Below are positions 41,041 through 55,494 of a stretch of 64,000 nucleotides of DNA, in pieces. Each line of letters begins with the position of its first letter. Within the stretch, counting starts at the first letter, position 1. This stretch comes from Auanema rhodensis (lineage: Eukaryota; Animalia; Nematoda): positions 15,748,001 to 15,812,000 of the forward strand of contig OZ059900.1 of assembly GCA_964057225.1 (NCBI GenBank), written 5' to 3'. Position numbers and translations under genes: made by a program. The notes under the pieces were generated by a model that saw nothing but the letters and a program-made list of their open reading frames with translations, was not told the DNA's origin and ran no database searches.

Positions 41041-44000
41041 ACTCATGCAATGTCAATGAAACCTTGCTCAAAATTGTTCCTACAACGTCTAGTTCCACTT
41101 TCACGACAAAAAAACAGGGGTTAGAAAATTAAGGAAATTAGCATATTCTGAGGGCACGCCCCTTATGGCTAATATTGATTAAATCGATTTTTGTTCATAT
41201 GAGTCGTCAAATGAAACGAATTTCAGGGTGTTACATACTAAAATGAAGCATTTTACATGCTGAACACTATAAAAATACAAAAACACAGTATTTCCCATGA
41301 GAAATATTTTATTATGCTGGAAAACCAGTTTTTGGAAAGTTCGCTGTAAACAAGGTTTTGACTTACGATTTCATGTGTTCAAACTCATGCAATGTCAATG
41401 AAACCTAGCTCAAAATTGTTCGTACAACGTCTAATTCCACTTTCACGACAAAAAAACAGGGGTTAGAAAATTAAGGAAATTAGCATATTCTGAGGGCACG
41501 CCCCTTATGGCTAATATTGATTAAATCGATTTTTGTTCATATGAGTCGTCAAATGCAACGAATTTTAGCGTGTTACATACTAAAATGAAGCATTTTACAT
41601 GCTGAACACTAGAAAAATACAAAAACACAGTATTTCCCATGAGAAATATTTTATTATGCTGGAAAACCAGTTTTTGGAAATTTCGCTGTAAACAAGGTTT
41701 TGACTTACGATTTCATGTGCTCAAACTCATGCAATGTCAATGAAACCTAGCTCAAAATTGTTCCTACAACGTCTAATTCCACTTTCACGACAAAAAAACA
41801 GGGGTTAGAAAATTAAGGAAATTAGCATATTCTGAGGGCACGCCCCTTATGGCTAATATTGATTAAATCGATTTTTGTTCATATGAGTCGTCAAATGCAA
41901 CGAATTTTAGCGTGTTACATACTAAAATGAAGCATTTTACATGCTGAACACTAGAAAAATACAAAAACACAGTATTTCCCATGAGAAATATTTTATTATG
42001 CTGGAAAACCAGTTTTTGGAAATTTCGCTGTAAACAAGGTTTTGACTTACGATTTCATGTGTTCAAACTCATGCAATGTCAATGAAACCTAGCTCAAAAT
42101 TGTTCGTACAACGTCTAGTTCCACTTTCACGACAAAAAAACAGGGGTTAGAAAATTAAGGAAATTAGCATATTCTGAGGGCACGCCCCTTATGGCTAATA
42201 TTGATTAAATCGATTTTTGTTCATATGAGTCGTCAAATGAAACGAATTTCAGGGTGTTACATACTAAAATGAAGCATTTTACATGCTGAACACTATAAAA
42301 ATACAAAAACACAGTATTTCCCATGAGAAATATTTTATTATGCTGGAAAACCAGTTTTTGGAAAGTTCGCTGTAAACAAGGTTTTGACTTACGATTTCAT
42401 GTGTTCAAACTCATGCAATGTCAATGAAACCTAGCTCAAAATTGTTCGTACAACGTCTAATTCCACTTTCACGACAAAAAAACAGGGGTTAGAAAATTAA
42501 GGAAATTAGCATATTCTGAGGGCACGCCCCTTATGGCTAATATTGATTAAATCGATTTTTGTTCATATGAGTCGTCAAATGCAACGAATTTTAGCGTGTT
42601 ACATACTAAAATGAAGCATTTTACATGCTGAACACTAGAAAAATACAAAAACACAGTATTTCCCATGAGAAATATTTTATTATGCTGGAAAACCAGTTTT
42701 TGGAAATTTCGCTGTAAACAAGGTTTTGACTTACGATTTCATGTGCTCAAACTCATGCAATGTCAATGAAACCTAGCTCAAAATTGTTCCTACAACGTCT
42801 AATTCCACTTTCACGACAAAAAAACAGGGGTTAGAAAATTAAGGAAATTAGCATATTCTGAGGGCACGCCCCTTATGGCTAATATTGATTAAATCGATTT
42901 TTGTTCATATGAGTCGTCAAATGCAACGAATTTTAGCGTGTTACATACTAAAATGAAGCATTTTACATGCTGAACACTAGAAAAATACAAAAACACAGTA
43001 TTTCCCATGAGAAATATTTTATTATGCTGGAAAACCAGTTTTTGGAAATTTCGCTGTAAACAAGGTTTTGACTTACGATTTCATGTGTTCAAACTCATGC
43101 AATGTCAATGAAACCTAGCTCAAAATTGTTCGTACAACGTCTAGTTCCACTTTCACGACAAAAAAACAGGGGTTAGAAAATTAAGGAAATTAGCATATTC
43201 TGAGGGCACGCCCCTTATGGCTAATATTGATTAAATCGATTTTTGTTCATATGAGTCGTCAAATGCAACAAATTTCAGCGTGTTACATACTAAAATGAAG
43301 CATTTTACAAGCTGAACACTAGAAAAATACAAAAACACAGTTTTTCCCATGAGAAATATTTTATTATGCTGGAAAACCAGTTTTTGGAAATTTCGCTGTA
43401 AACAAGGTTTTGACTTACGATTTCATGTGTTCAAACTCATGCAATGTCAATGAAACCTAGCTCAAAATTGTTCCTACAACGTCTAGTTCCACTTTCACGA
43501 CAAAAAAACAGGGGTTAGAAAATTTAGGAAATTAGCATATTCTGAGGGCACGCCCCTTATGGCTAATATTGATTAAATCGATTTTTGTTCATATGAGTCG
43601 TCAAATGCAACGAATTTTAGCGTGTTACATACTAAAATGAAGCATTTTACATGCTGAACACTAGAAAAATACAAAAACACAGTATTTCCCATGAGAAATA
43701 TTTTATTATGCTGGAAAACCAGTTTTTGGAAAGTTCGCTGTAAACAAGGTTTTGACTTACGATTTCATGTGTTCAAACTCATGCAATGTCAATGAAACCT
43801 AGCTCAAAATTGTTCGTACAACGTCTAATTCCACTTTCACGACAAAAAAACAGGGGTTAGAAAATTAAGGAAATTAGCATATTCTGAGGGCACGCCCCTT
43901 ATGGCTAATATTGATTAAATCGATTTTTGTTCATATGAGTCGTCAAATGCAACGAATTTTAGCGTGTTACATACTAAAATGAAGCATTTTACATGCTGAA

Positions 44001-45144
44001 CACTAGAAAAATACAAAAACACAGTATTTCCCATGAGAAATATTTTATTATGCTGGAAAACCAGTTTTTGGAAATTTCGCTGTAAACAAGGTTTTGACTT
44101 ACGATTTCATGTGCTCAAACTCATGCAATGTCAATGAAACCTAGCTCAAAATTGTTCCTACAACGTCTAATTCCACTTTCACGACAAAAAAACAGGGGTT
44201 AGAAAATTAAGGAAATTAGCATATTCTGAGGGCACGCCCCTTATGGCTAATATTGATTAAATCGATTTTTGTTCATATGAGTCGTCAAATGCAACGAATT
44301 TTAGCGTGTTACATACTAAAATGAAGCATTTTACATGCTGAACACTAGAAAAATACAAAAACACAGTATTTCCCATGAGAAATATTTTATTATGCTGGAA
44401 AACCAGTTTTTGGAAATTTCGCTGTAAACAAGGTTTTGACTTACGATTTCATGTGTTCAAACTCATGCAATGTCAATGAAACCTAGCTCAAAATTGTTCG
44501 TACAACGTCTAGTTCCACTTTCACGACAAAAAAACAGGGGTTAGAAAATTAAGGAAATTAGCATATTCTGAGGGCACGCCCCTTATGGCTAATATTGATT
44601 AAATCGATTTTTGTTCATATGAGTCGTCAAATGCAACAAATTTCAGCGTGTTACATACTAAAATGAAGCATTTTACAAGCTGAACACTAGAAAAATACAA
44701 AAACACAGTTTTTCCCATGAGAAATATTTTATTATGCTGGAAAACCAGTTTTTGGAAATTTCGCTGTAAACAAGGTTTTGACTTACGATTTCATGTGTTC
44801 AAACTCATGCAATGTCAATGAAACCTAGCTCAAAATTGTTCCTACAACGTCTAGTTCCACTTTCACGACAAAAAAACAGGGGTTAGAAAATTTAGGAAAT
44901 TAGCATATTCTGAGGGCACGCCCCTTATGGCTAATATTGATTAAATCGATTTTTGTTCATATGAGTCGTCAAATGCAACGAATTTCAGCGTGTTACATAC
45001 TAAAATGAAGCATTTTACATGCTGAACACTAGAAAAATACAAAAACACAGTATTTCCCATGAGAAATATTTTATTATGCTGGAAAACCAGTTTTTGGAAA
45101 TTTCGCTGTAAACAAGGTTTTGACTTACGATTTCATGTGTTCAA
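41041..45144. repeat. Nested 3-mer (1,026-bp) and 4-mer (1,368-bp) duplications
   Basis: The GGAAAGTT variant lies at 41339, 42365 (+1026) and 43733 (+1368). The ACAAGC variant lies at 43310 and 44678 (+1368). The GTGCTC variant shows the same spacing. Confidence 0.82.
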
Positions 45145-45827
45145 ACTCATGCAATGTCAATGAAACCTAGCTCAAAATTGTTCCTACAACGTCTAATTCC
45201 ACTTTCACGACAAAAAAACAGGGGTTAGAAAATTAAGGAAATTAGCATATTCTGAGGGCACGCCCCTTATGGCTAATATTGATTAAATCGATTTTTGTTC
45301 ATATGAGTCGTCAAATGCAACGAATTTCAGCGTGTTACATACTAAAATGAAGTATTTTACATGCTGAACACTAGAAAAATACAAAAACACAGTATTTCCT
45401 ATGAGAAATATTTTATTATGCTGGAAAACCAGTTTTTGGAAATTTCGCTGTAAACAAGGTTTTGACTTACGATTTCATGTGTTCAAACTCATGCAATGTC
45501 AATGAAACCTAGCTCAAAATTGTTCCTACAACGTCTAGTTCCACTTTCACGACAAAAAACAGGGGTTAGAAAATTAAGGAAATTAGCATATTCTGAGGGC
45601 ACGCCCCTTATGGCTTATATTGATTAAATCGATTTTTGTTCATATGAGTCGTCAAATGCAACGAATTTCAGCGTGTTACATACTAAAATGAAGCATTTTA
45701 CATGCTGAACACTATAAAAATACAAAAACACAGTATTTCCCATGAGAAATATTTTATTATGCTGGAAAACCAGTTTTTGGAAATTTCGCTGTAAACAAGG
45801 TTTTGACTTACGATTTCATGTGTTCAA

Positions 45828-46108
45828 ACTCATGCAATGTCAATGAAACCTAGCTCAAAATTGTTCCTACAACGTCTAATTCCACTTTCACGACAAAAAA
45901 ACAGGGGTTAGAAAATTAAGGAAATTAGCATATTCTGAGGGCACGCCCCTTATGGCTAATATTGATTAAATCGATTTTTGTTCATATGAGTCGTCAAATG
46001 CAACGAATTTTAGCGTGTTACATACTAAAATGAAGCATTTTACATGCTGAACAGTTTTTGGAAATTTCGCTGTAAACAAGGTTTTGACTTACGATTTCAT
46101 GTGTTCGA
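45828..46108 (+). repeat. 281-bp deletion monomer, copy 1
   Basis: Monomer positions 227-287 are missing, with the junction at 46053/46054. Linked variants are CTAATT, TTTTAGCG and GTTCGAAC. Confidence 0.97.
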
Positions 46109-48842
46109 ACTCATGCAATGTCAATGAAACCTAGCTCAAAATTGTTCCTACAACGTCTAGTTCCACTTTCACGACAAAAAACAGGGGTTAGAAAATTAAG
46201 GAAATTAGCATATTCTGAGGGCACGCCCCTTATGGCTTATATTGATTAAATCGATTTTTGTTCATATGAGTCGTCAAATGCAACGAATTTCAGCGTGTTA
46301 CATACTATAATGGAGTATTTTACATGCTGAACACTAGAAAAATACAAAAACACAGTATTTCCCATGAGAAATATTTTATTATGCTGGAAAACCAGTTTTT
46401 GGAAATTTCGCTGTAAACAAGGTTTTGACTTACGATTTCATGTGTTCAAACTCATGCAATGTCAATGAAACCTAGCTCAAAATTGTTCCTACAACGTCTA
46501 ATTCCACTTTCACGACAAAAAAACAGGGGTTAGAAAATTAAGGAAATTAGCATATTCTGAGGGCACGCCCCTTATGGCTAATATTGATTAAATCGATTTT
46601 TGTTCATATGAGTCGTCAAATGAAACGAATTTCAGGGTGTTACATACTAAAATGAAGCATTTTACATGCTGAACACTATAAAAATACAAAAACACAGTAT
46701 TTCCCATGAGAAATATTTTATTATGCTGGAAAACCAGTTTTTGGAAAGTTCGCTGTAAACAAGGTTTTGACTTACGATTTCATGTGTTCAAACTCATGCA
46801 ATGTCAATGAAACCTAGCTCAAAATTGTTCCTACAACGTCTAATTCCACTTTCACGACAAAAAAACAGGGGTTAGAAAATTAAGGAAATTAGCACATTCT
46901 GAGGGCACGCCCCTTATGGCTAATATTGATTAAATCGATTTTTGTTCATATGAGTCGTCAAATGCAACGAATTTCAGAGTGTTACATACTAAAATGAAGT
47001 ATTTTACATGCTGAACACTAGAAAAATACAAAAACACAGTATTTCCCATGAGAAATATTTTATTATGCTGGAAAACCAGTTTTTGGAAATTTCGCTGTAA
47101 ACAAGGTTTTGACTTACGATTTCATGTGCTCAAACTCATGCAATGTCAATGAAACCTAGCTCAAAATTGTTCCTACAACGTCTAATTCCACTTTCACGAC
47201 AAAAAAACAGGGGTTAGAAAATTAAGGAAATTAGCATATTCTGAGGGCACGCCCCTTATGGCTAATATTGATTAAATCGATTTTTGTTCATATGAGTCGT
47301 CAAATGCAACGAATTTTACCGTGTTACATACTAAAATGAAGCATTTTACATGCTGAACACTAGAAAAATACAAAAACACAGTATTTCCCATGAGAAATAT
47401 TTTATTATGCTGGAAAACCAGTTTTTGGAAATTTCGCTGTAAACAAGGTTTTGACTTACGATTTCATGTGTTCAAACTCATGCAATGTCAATGAAACCTA
47501 GCTCAAAATTGTTCGTACAACGTCTAGTTCCACTTTCACGACAAAAAAACAGGGGTTAGAAAATTAAGGAAATTAGCATATTCTGAGGGCACGCCCCTTA
47601 TGGCTAATATTGATTAAATCGATTTTTGTTCATATGAGTCGTCAAATGCAACAAATTTCAGCGTGTTACATACTAAAATGAAGCATTTTACAAGCTGAAC
47701 ACTAGAAAAATACAAAAACACAGTTTTTCCCATGAGAAATATTTTATTATGCTGGAAAACCAGTTTTTGGAAATTTCGCTGTAAACAAGGTTTTGACTTA
47801 CGATTTCATGTGTTCAAACTCATGCAATGTCAATGAAACCTAGCTCAAAATTGTTCCTACAACGTCTAGTTCCACTTTCACGACAAAAAAACAGGGGTTA
47901 GAAAATTTAGGAAATTAGCATATTCTGAGGGCACGCCCCTTATGGCTAATATTGATTAAATCGATTTTTGTTCATATGAGTCGTCAAATGCAACGAATTT
48001 CAGCGTGTTACATACTAAAATGAAGCATTTTACATGCTGAACACTAGAAAAATACAAAAACACAGTATTTCCCATGAGAAATATTTTATTATGCTGGAAA
48101 ACCAGTTTTTGGAAATTTCGCTGTAAACAAGGTTTTGACTTACGATTTCATGTGTTCAAACTCATGCAATGTCAATGAAACCTAGCTCAAAATTGTTCCT
48201 ACAACGTCTAATTCCACTTTCACGACAAAAAAACAGGGGTTAGAAAATTAAGGAAATTAGCATATTCTGAGGGCACGCCCCTTATGGCTAATATTGATTA
48301 AATCGATTTTTGTTCATATGAGTCGTCAAATGCAACGAATTTCAGCGTGTTACATACTAAAATGAAGTATTTTACATGCTGAACACTAGAAGAATACAAA
48401 AACACAGTATTTCCTATGAGAAATATTTTATTATGCTGGAAAACCAGTTTTTGGAAATTTCGCTGTAAACAAGGTTTTGACTTACGATTTCATGTGTTCA
48501 AACTCATGCAATGTCAATGAAACCTAGCTCAAAATTGTTCCTACAACGTCTAGTTCCACTTTCACGACAAAAAACAGGGGTTAGAAAATTAAGGAAATTA
48601 GCATATTCTGAGGGCACGCCCCTTATGGCTTATATTGATTAAATCGATTTTTGTTCATATGAGTCGTCAAATGCAACGAATTTCAGCGTGTTACATACTA
48701 AAATGAAGCATTTTACATGCTGAACACTATAAAAATACAAAAACACAGTATTTCCCATGAGAAATATTTTATTATGCTGGAAAACCAGTTTTTGGAAATT
48801 TCGCTGTAAACAAGGTTTTGACTTACGATTTCATGTGTTCAA

Positions 48843-49123
48843 ACTCATGCAATGTCAATGAAACCTAGCTCAAAATTGTTCCTACAACGTCTAATTCCAC
48901 TTTCACGACAAAAAAACAGGGGTTAGAAAATTAAGGAAATTAGCATATTCTGAGGGCACGCCCCTTATGGCTAATATTGATTAAATCGATTTTTGTTCAT
49001 ATGAGTCGTCAAATGCAACGAATTTTAGCGTGTTACATACTAAAATGAAGCATTTTACATGCTGAACAGTTTTTGGAAATTTCGCTGTAAACAAGGTTTT
49101 GACTTACGATTTCATGTGTTCGA
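48843..49123 (+). repeat. 281-bp deletion monomer, copy 2
   Basis: Same junction at 49068/49069 and the same linked variants. Confidence 0.96.
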
Positions 49124-50489
49124 ACTCATGCAATGTCAATGAAACCTAGCTCAAAATTGTTCCTACAACGTCTAGTTCCACTTTCACGACAAAAAACAGG
49201 GGTTAGAAAATTAAGGAAATTAGCATATTCTGAGGGCACGCCCCTTATGGCTTATATTGATTAAATCGATTTTTGTTCATATGAGTCGTCAAATGCAACG
49301 AATTTCAGCGTGTTACATACTATAATGGAGTATTTTACATGCTGAACACTAGAAAAATACAAAAACACAGTATTTCCCATGAGAAATATTTTATTATGCT
49401 GGAAAACCAGTTTTTGGAAATTTCGCTGTAAACAAGGTTTTGACTTACGATTTCATGTGTTCAAACTCATGCAATGTCAATGAAACCTAGCTCAAAATTG
49501 TTCCTACAACGTCTAATTCCACTTTCACGACAAAAAAACAGGGGTTAGAAAATTAAGGAAATTAGCATATTCTGAGGGCACGCCCCTTATGGCTAATATT
49601 GATTAAATCGATTTTTGTTCATATGAGTCGTCAAATGCAACGAATTTCAGCGTGTTACATACTAAAATGAAGTATTTCACATGCTGAACACTAGAAAAAT
49701 ACAAAAACACAGTATTTCCCATGAGAAATATTTTATTATGCTGGAAAACCAGTTTTTGGAAATTTCGCTGTAAACAAGGTTTTGACTTACGATTTCATGT
49801 GTTCAAACTCATGCAATGTCAATGAAACCTTGCTCAAAATTGTTCCTACAACGTCTAGTTCCACTTTCACGACAAAAAAACAGGGGTTAGAAAATTAAGG
49901 AAATTAGCATATTCTGAGGGCACGCCCCTTATGGCTAATATTGATTAAATCGATTTTTGTTCATATGAGTCGTCAAATGAAACGAATTTCAGGGTGTTAC
50001 ATACTAAAATGAAGCATTTTACATGCTGAACACTATAAAAATACAAAAACACAGTATTTCCCATGAGAAATATTTTATTATGCTGGAAAACCAGTTTTTG
50101 GAAAGTTCGCTGTAAACAAGGTTTTGACTTACGATTTCATGTGTTCAAACTCATGCAATGTCAATGAAACCTAGCTCAAAATTGTTCCTACAACGTCTAG
50201 TTCCACTTTCACGACAAAAAACAGGGGTTAGAAAATTAAGGAAATTAGCATATTCTGAGGGCACGCCCCTTATGGCTTATATTGATTAAATCGATTTTTG
50301 TTCATATGAGTCGTCAAATGCAACGAATTTCAGCGTGTTACATACTAAAATGAAGCATTTTACATGCTGAACACTATAAAAATACAAAAACACAGTATTT
50401 CCCATGAGAAATATTTTATTATGCTGGAAAACCAGTTTTTGGAAATTTCGCTGTAAACAAGGTTTTGACTTACGATTTCATGTGTTCAA

Positions 50490-50770
50490 ACTCATGCAAT
50501 GTCAATGAAACCTAGCTCAAAATTGTTCCTACAACGTCTAATTCCACTTTCACGACAAAAAAACAGGGGTTAGAAAATTAAGGAAATTAGCATATTCTGA
50601 GGGCACGCCCCTTATGGCTAATATTGATTAAATCGATTTTTGTTCATATGAGTCGTCAAATGCAACGAATTTTAGCGTGTTACATACTAAAATGAAGCAT
50701 TTTACATGCTGAACAGTTTTTGGAAATTTCGCTGTAAACAAGGTTTTGACTTACGATTTCATGTGTTCGA
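50490..50770 (+). repeat. 281-bp deletion monomer, copy 3
   Basis: Same junction at 50715/50716. Confidence 0.96.
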
Positions 50771-53700
50771 ACTCATGCAATGTCAATGAAACCTAGCTCA
50801 AAATTGTTCCTACAACGTCTAGTTCCACTTTCACGACAAAAAACAGGGGTTAGAAAATTAAGGAAATTAGCATATTCTGAGGGCACGCCCCTTATGGCTT
50901 ATATTGATTAAATCGATTTTTGTTCATATGAGTCGTCAAATGCAACGAATTTCAGCGTGTTACATACTATAATGGAGTATTTTACATGCTGAACACTAGA
51001 AAAATACAAAAACACAGTATTTCCCATGAGAAATATTTTATTATGCTGGAAAACCAGTTTTTGGAAATTTCGCTGTAAACAAGGTTTTGACTTACGATTT
51101 CATGTGTTCAAACTCATGCAATGTCAATGAAACCTAGCTCAAAATTGTTCCTACAACGTCTAATTCCACTTTCACGACAAAAAAACAGGGGTTAGAAAAT
51201 TAAGGAAATTAGCATATTCTGAGGGCACGCCCCTTATGGCTAATATTGATTAAATCGATTTTTGTTCATATGAGTCGTCAAATGCAACGAATTTCAGCGT
51301 GTTACATACTAAAATGAAGTATTTCACATGCTGAACACTAGAAAAATACAAAAACACAGTATTTCCCATGAGAAATATTTTATTATGCTGGAAAACCAGT
51401 TTTTGGAAATTTCGCTGTAAACAAGGTTTTGACTTACGATTTCATGTGTTCAAACTCATGCAATGTCAATGAAACCTTGCTCAAAATTGTTCCTACAACG
51501 TCTAGTTCCACTTTCACGACAAAAAAACAGGGGTTAGAAAATTAAGGAAATTAGCATATTCTGAGGGCACGCCCCTTATGGCTAATATTGATTAAATCGA
51601 TTTTTGTTCATATGAGTCGTCAAATGAAACGAATTTCAGGGTGTTACATACTAAAATGAAGCATTTTACATGCTGAACACTATAAAAATACAAAAACACA
51701 GTATTTCCCATGAGAAATATTTTATTATGCTGGAAAACCAGTTTTTGGAAAGTTCGCTGTAAACAAGGTTTTGACTTACGATTTCATGTGTTCAAACTCA
51801 TGCAATGTCAATGAAACCTAGCTCAAAATTGTTCCTACAACGTCTAATTCCACTTTCACGACAAAAAAACAGGGGTTAGAAAATTAAGGAAATTAGCACA
51901 TTCTGAGGGCACGCCCCTTATGGCTAATATTGATTAAATCGATTTTTGTTCATATGAGTCGTCAAATGCAACGAATTTCAGAGTGTTACATACTAAAATG
52001 AAGTATTTTACATGCTGAACACTAGAAAAATACAAAAACACAGTATTTCCCATGAGAAATATTTTATTATGCTGGAAAACCAGTTTTTGGAAATTTCGCT
52101 GTAAACAAGGTTTTGACTTACGATTTCATGTGCTCAAACTCATGCAATGTCAATGAAACCTAGCTCAAAATTGTTCCTACAACGTCTAATTCCACTTTCA
52201 CGACAAAAAAACAGGGGTTAGAAAATTAAGGAAATTAGCATATTCTGAGGGCACGCCCCTTATGGCTAATATTGATTAAATCGATTTTTGTTCATATGAG
52301 TCGTCAAATGCAACGAATTTTACCGTGTTACATACTAAAATGAAGCATTTTACATGCTGAACACTAGAAAAATACAAAAACACAGTATTTCCCATGAGAA
52401 ATATTTTATTATGCTGGAAAACCAGTTTTTGGAAATTTCGCTGTAAACAAGGTTTTGACTTACGATTTCATGTGTTCAAACTCATGCAATGTCAATGAAA
52501 CCTAGCTCAAAATTGTTCGTACAACGTCTAGTTCCACTTTCACGACAAAAAAACAGGGGTTAGAAAATTAAGGAAATTAGCATATTCTGAGGGCACGCCC
52601 CTTATGGCTAATATTGATTAAATCGATTTTTGTTCATATGAGTCGTCAAATGCAACAAATTTCAGCGTGTTACATACTAAAATGAAGCATTTTACAAGCT
52701 GAACACTAGAAAAATACAAAAACACAGTTTTTCCCATGAGAAATATTTTATTATGCTGGAAAACCAGTTTTTGGAAATTTCGCTGTAAACAAGGTTTTGA
52801 CTTACGATTTCATGTGTTCAAACTCATGCAATGTCAATGAAACCTAGCTCAAAATTGTTCCTACAACGTCTAGTTCCACTTTCACGACAAAAAAACAGGG
52901 GTTAGAAAATTTAGGAAATTAGCATATTCTGAGGGCACGCCCCTTATGGCTAATATTGATTAAATCGATTTTTGTTCATATGAGTCGTCAAATGCAACGA
53001 ATTTCAGCGTGTTACATACTAAAATGAAGCATTTTACATGCTGAACACTAGAAAAATACAAAAACACAGTATTTCCCATGAGAAATATTTTATTATGCTG
53101 GAAAACCAGTTTTTGGAAATTTCGCTGTAAACAAGGTTTTGACTTACGATTTCATGTGTTCAAACTCATGCAATGTCAATGAAACCTAGCTCAAAATTGT
53201 TCCTACAACGTCTAATTCCACTTTCACGACAAAAAAACAGGGGTTAGAAAATTAAGGAAATTAGCATATTCTGAGGGCACGCCCCTTATGGCTAATATTG
53301 ATTAAATCGATTTTTGTTCATATGAGTCGTCAAATGCAACGAATTTCAGCGTGTTACATACTAAAATGAAGTATTTTACATGCTGAACACTAGAAGAATA
53401 CAAAAACACAGTATTTCCTATGAGAAATATTTTATTATGCTGGAAAACCAGTTTTTGGAAATTTCGCTGTAAACAAGGTTTTGACTTACGATTTCATGTG
53501 TTCAAACTCATGCAATGTCAATGAAACCTAGCTCAAAATTGTTCCTACAACGTCTAGTTCCACTTTCACGACAAAAAACAGGGGTTAGAAAATTAAGGAA
53601 ATTAGCATATTCTGAGGGCACGCCCCTTATGGCTTATATTGATTAAATCGATTTTTGTTCATATGAGTCGTCAAATGCAACGAATTTCAGCGTGTTACAT

Positions 53701-53846
53701 ACTAAAATGAAGCATTTTACATGCTGAACACTATAAAAATACAAAAACACAGTATTTCCCATGAGAAATATTTTATTATGCTGGAAAACCAGTTTTTGGA
53801 AATTTCGCTGTAAACAAGGTTTTGACTTACGATTTCATGTGTTCAA

Positions 53847-54127
53847 ACTCATGCAATGTCAATGAAACCTAGCTCAAAATTGTTCCTACAACGTCTAATT
53901 CCACTTTCACGACAAAAAAACAGGGGTTAGAAAATTAAGGAAATTAGCATATTCTGAGGGCACGCCCCTTATGGCTAATATTGATTAAATCGATTTTTGT
54001 TCATATGAGTCGTCAAATGCAACGAATTTTAGCGTGTTACATACTAAAATGAAGCATTTTACATGCTGAACAGTTTTTGGAAATTTCGCTGTAAACAAGG
54101 TTTTGACTTACGATTTCATGTGTTCGA
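53847..54127 (+). repeat. 281-bp deletion monomer, copy 4
   Basis: Same junction at 54072/54073. Confidence 0.96.
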
Positions 54128-55494
54128 ACTCATGCAATGTCAATGAAACCTAGCTCAAAATTGTTCCTACAACGTCTAGTTCCACTTTCACGACAAAAAA
54201 CAGGGGTTAGAAAATTAAGGAAATTAGCATATTCTGAGGGCACGCCCCTTATGGCTTATATTGATTAAATCGATTTTTGTTCATATGAGTCGTCAAATGC
54301 AACGAATTTCAGCGTGTTACATACTATAATGGAGTATTTTACATGCTGAACACTAGAAAAATACAAAAACACAGTATTTCCCATGAGAAATATTTTATTA
54401 TGCTGGAAAACCAGTTTTTGGAAATTTCGCTGTAAACAAGGTTTTGACTTACGATTTCATGTGTTCAAACTCATGCAATGTCAATGAAACCTAGCTCAAA
54501 ATTGTTCCTACAACGTCTAATTCCACTTTCACGACAAAAAAACAGGGGTTAGAAAATTAAGGAAATTAGCATATTCTGAGGGCACGCCCCTTATGGCTAA
54601 TATTGATTAAATCGATTTTTGTTCATATGAGTCGTCAAATGCAACGAATTTCAGCGTGTTACATACTAAAATGAAGTATTTCACATGCTGAACACTAGAA
54701 AAATACAAAAACACAGTATTTCCCATGAGAAATATTTTATTATGCTGGAAAACCAGTTTTTGGAAATTTCGCTGTAAACAAGGTTTTGACTTACGATTTC
54801 ATGTGTTCAAACTCATGCAATGTCAATGAAACCTTGCTCAAAATTGTTCCTACAACGTCTAGTTCCACTTTCACGACAAAAAAACAGGGGTTAGAAAATT
54901 AAGGAAATTAGCATATTCTGAGGGCACGCCCCTTATGGCTAATATTGATTAAATCGATTTTTGTTCATATGAGTCGTCAAATGAAACGAATTTCAGGGTG
55001 TTACATACTAAAATGAAGCATTTTACATGCTGAACACTATAAAAATACAAAAACACAGTATTTCCCATGAGAAATATTTTATTATGCTGGAAAACCAGTT
55101 TTTGGAAAGTTCGCTGTAAACAAGGTTTTGACTTACGATTTCATGTGTTCAAACTCATGCAATGTCAATGAAACCTAGCTCAAAATTGTTCCTACAACGT
55201 CTAATTCCACTTTCACGACAAAAAAACAGGGGTTAGAAAATTAAGGAAATTAGCACATTCTGAGGGCACGCCCCTTATGGCTAATATTGATTAAATCGAT
55301 TTTTGTTCATATGAGTCGTCAAATGCAACGAATTTCAGCGTGTTACATACTAAAATGAAGTATTTTACATGCTGAACACTAGAAAAATACAAAAACACAG
55401 TATTTCCCATGAGAAATATTTTATTATGCTGGAAAACCAGTTTTTGGAAATTTCGCTGTAAACAAGGTTTTGACTTACGATTTCATGTGTTCAA

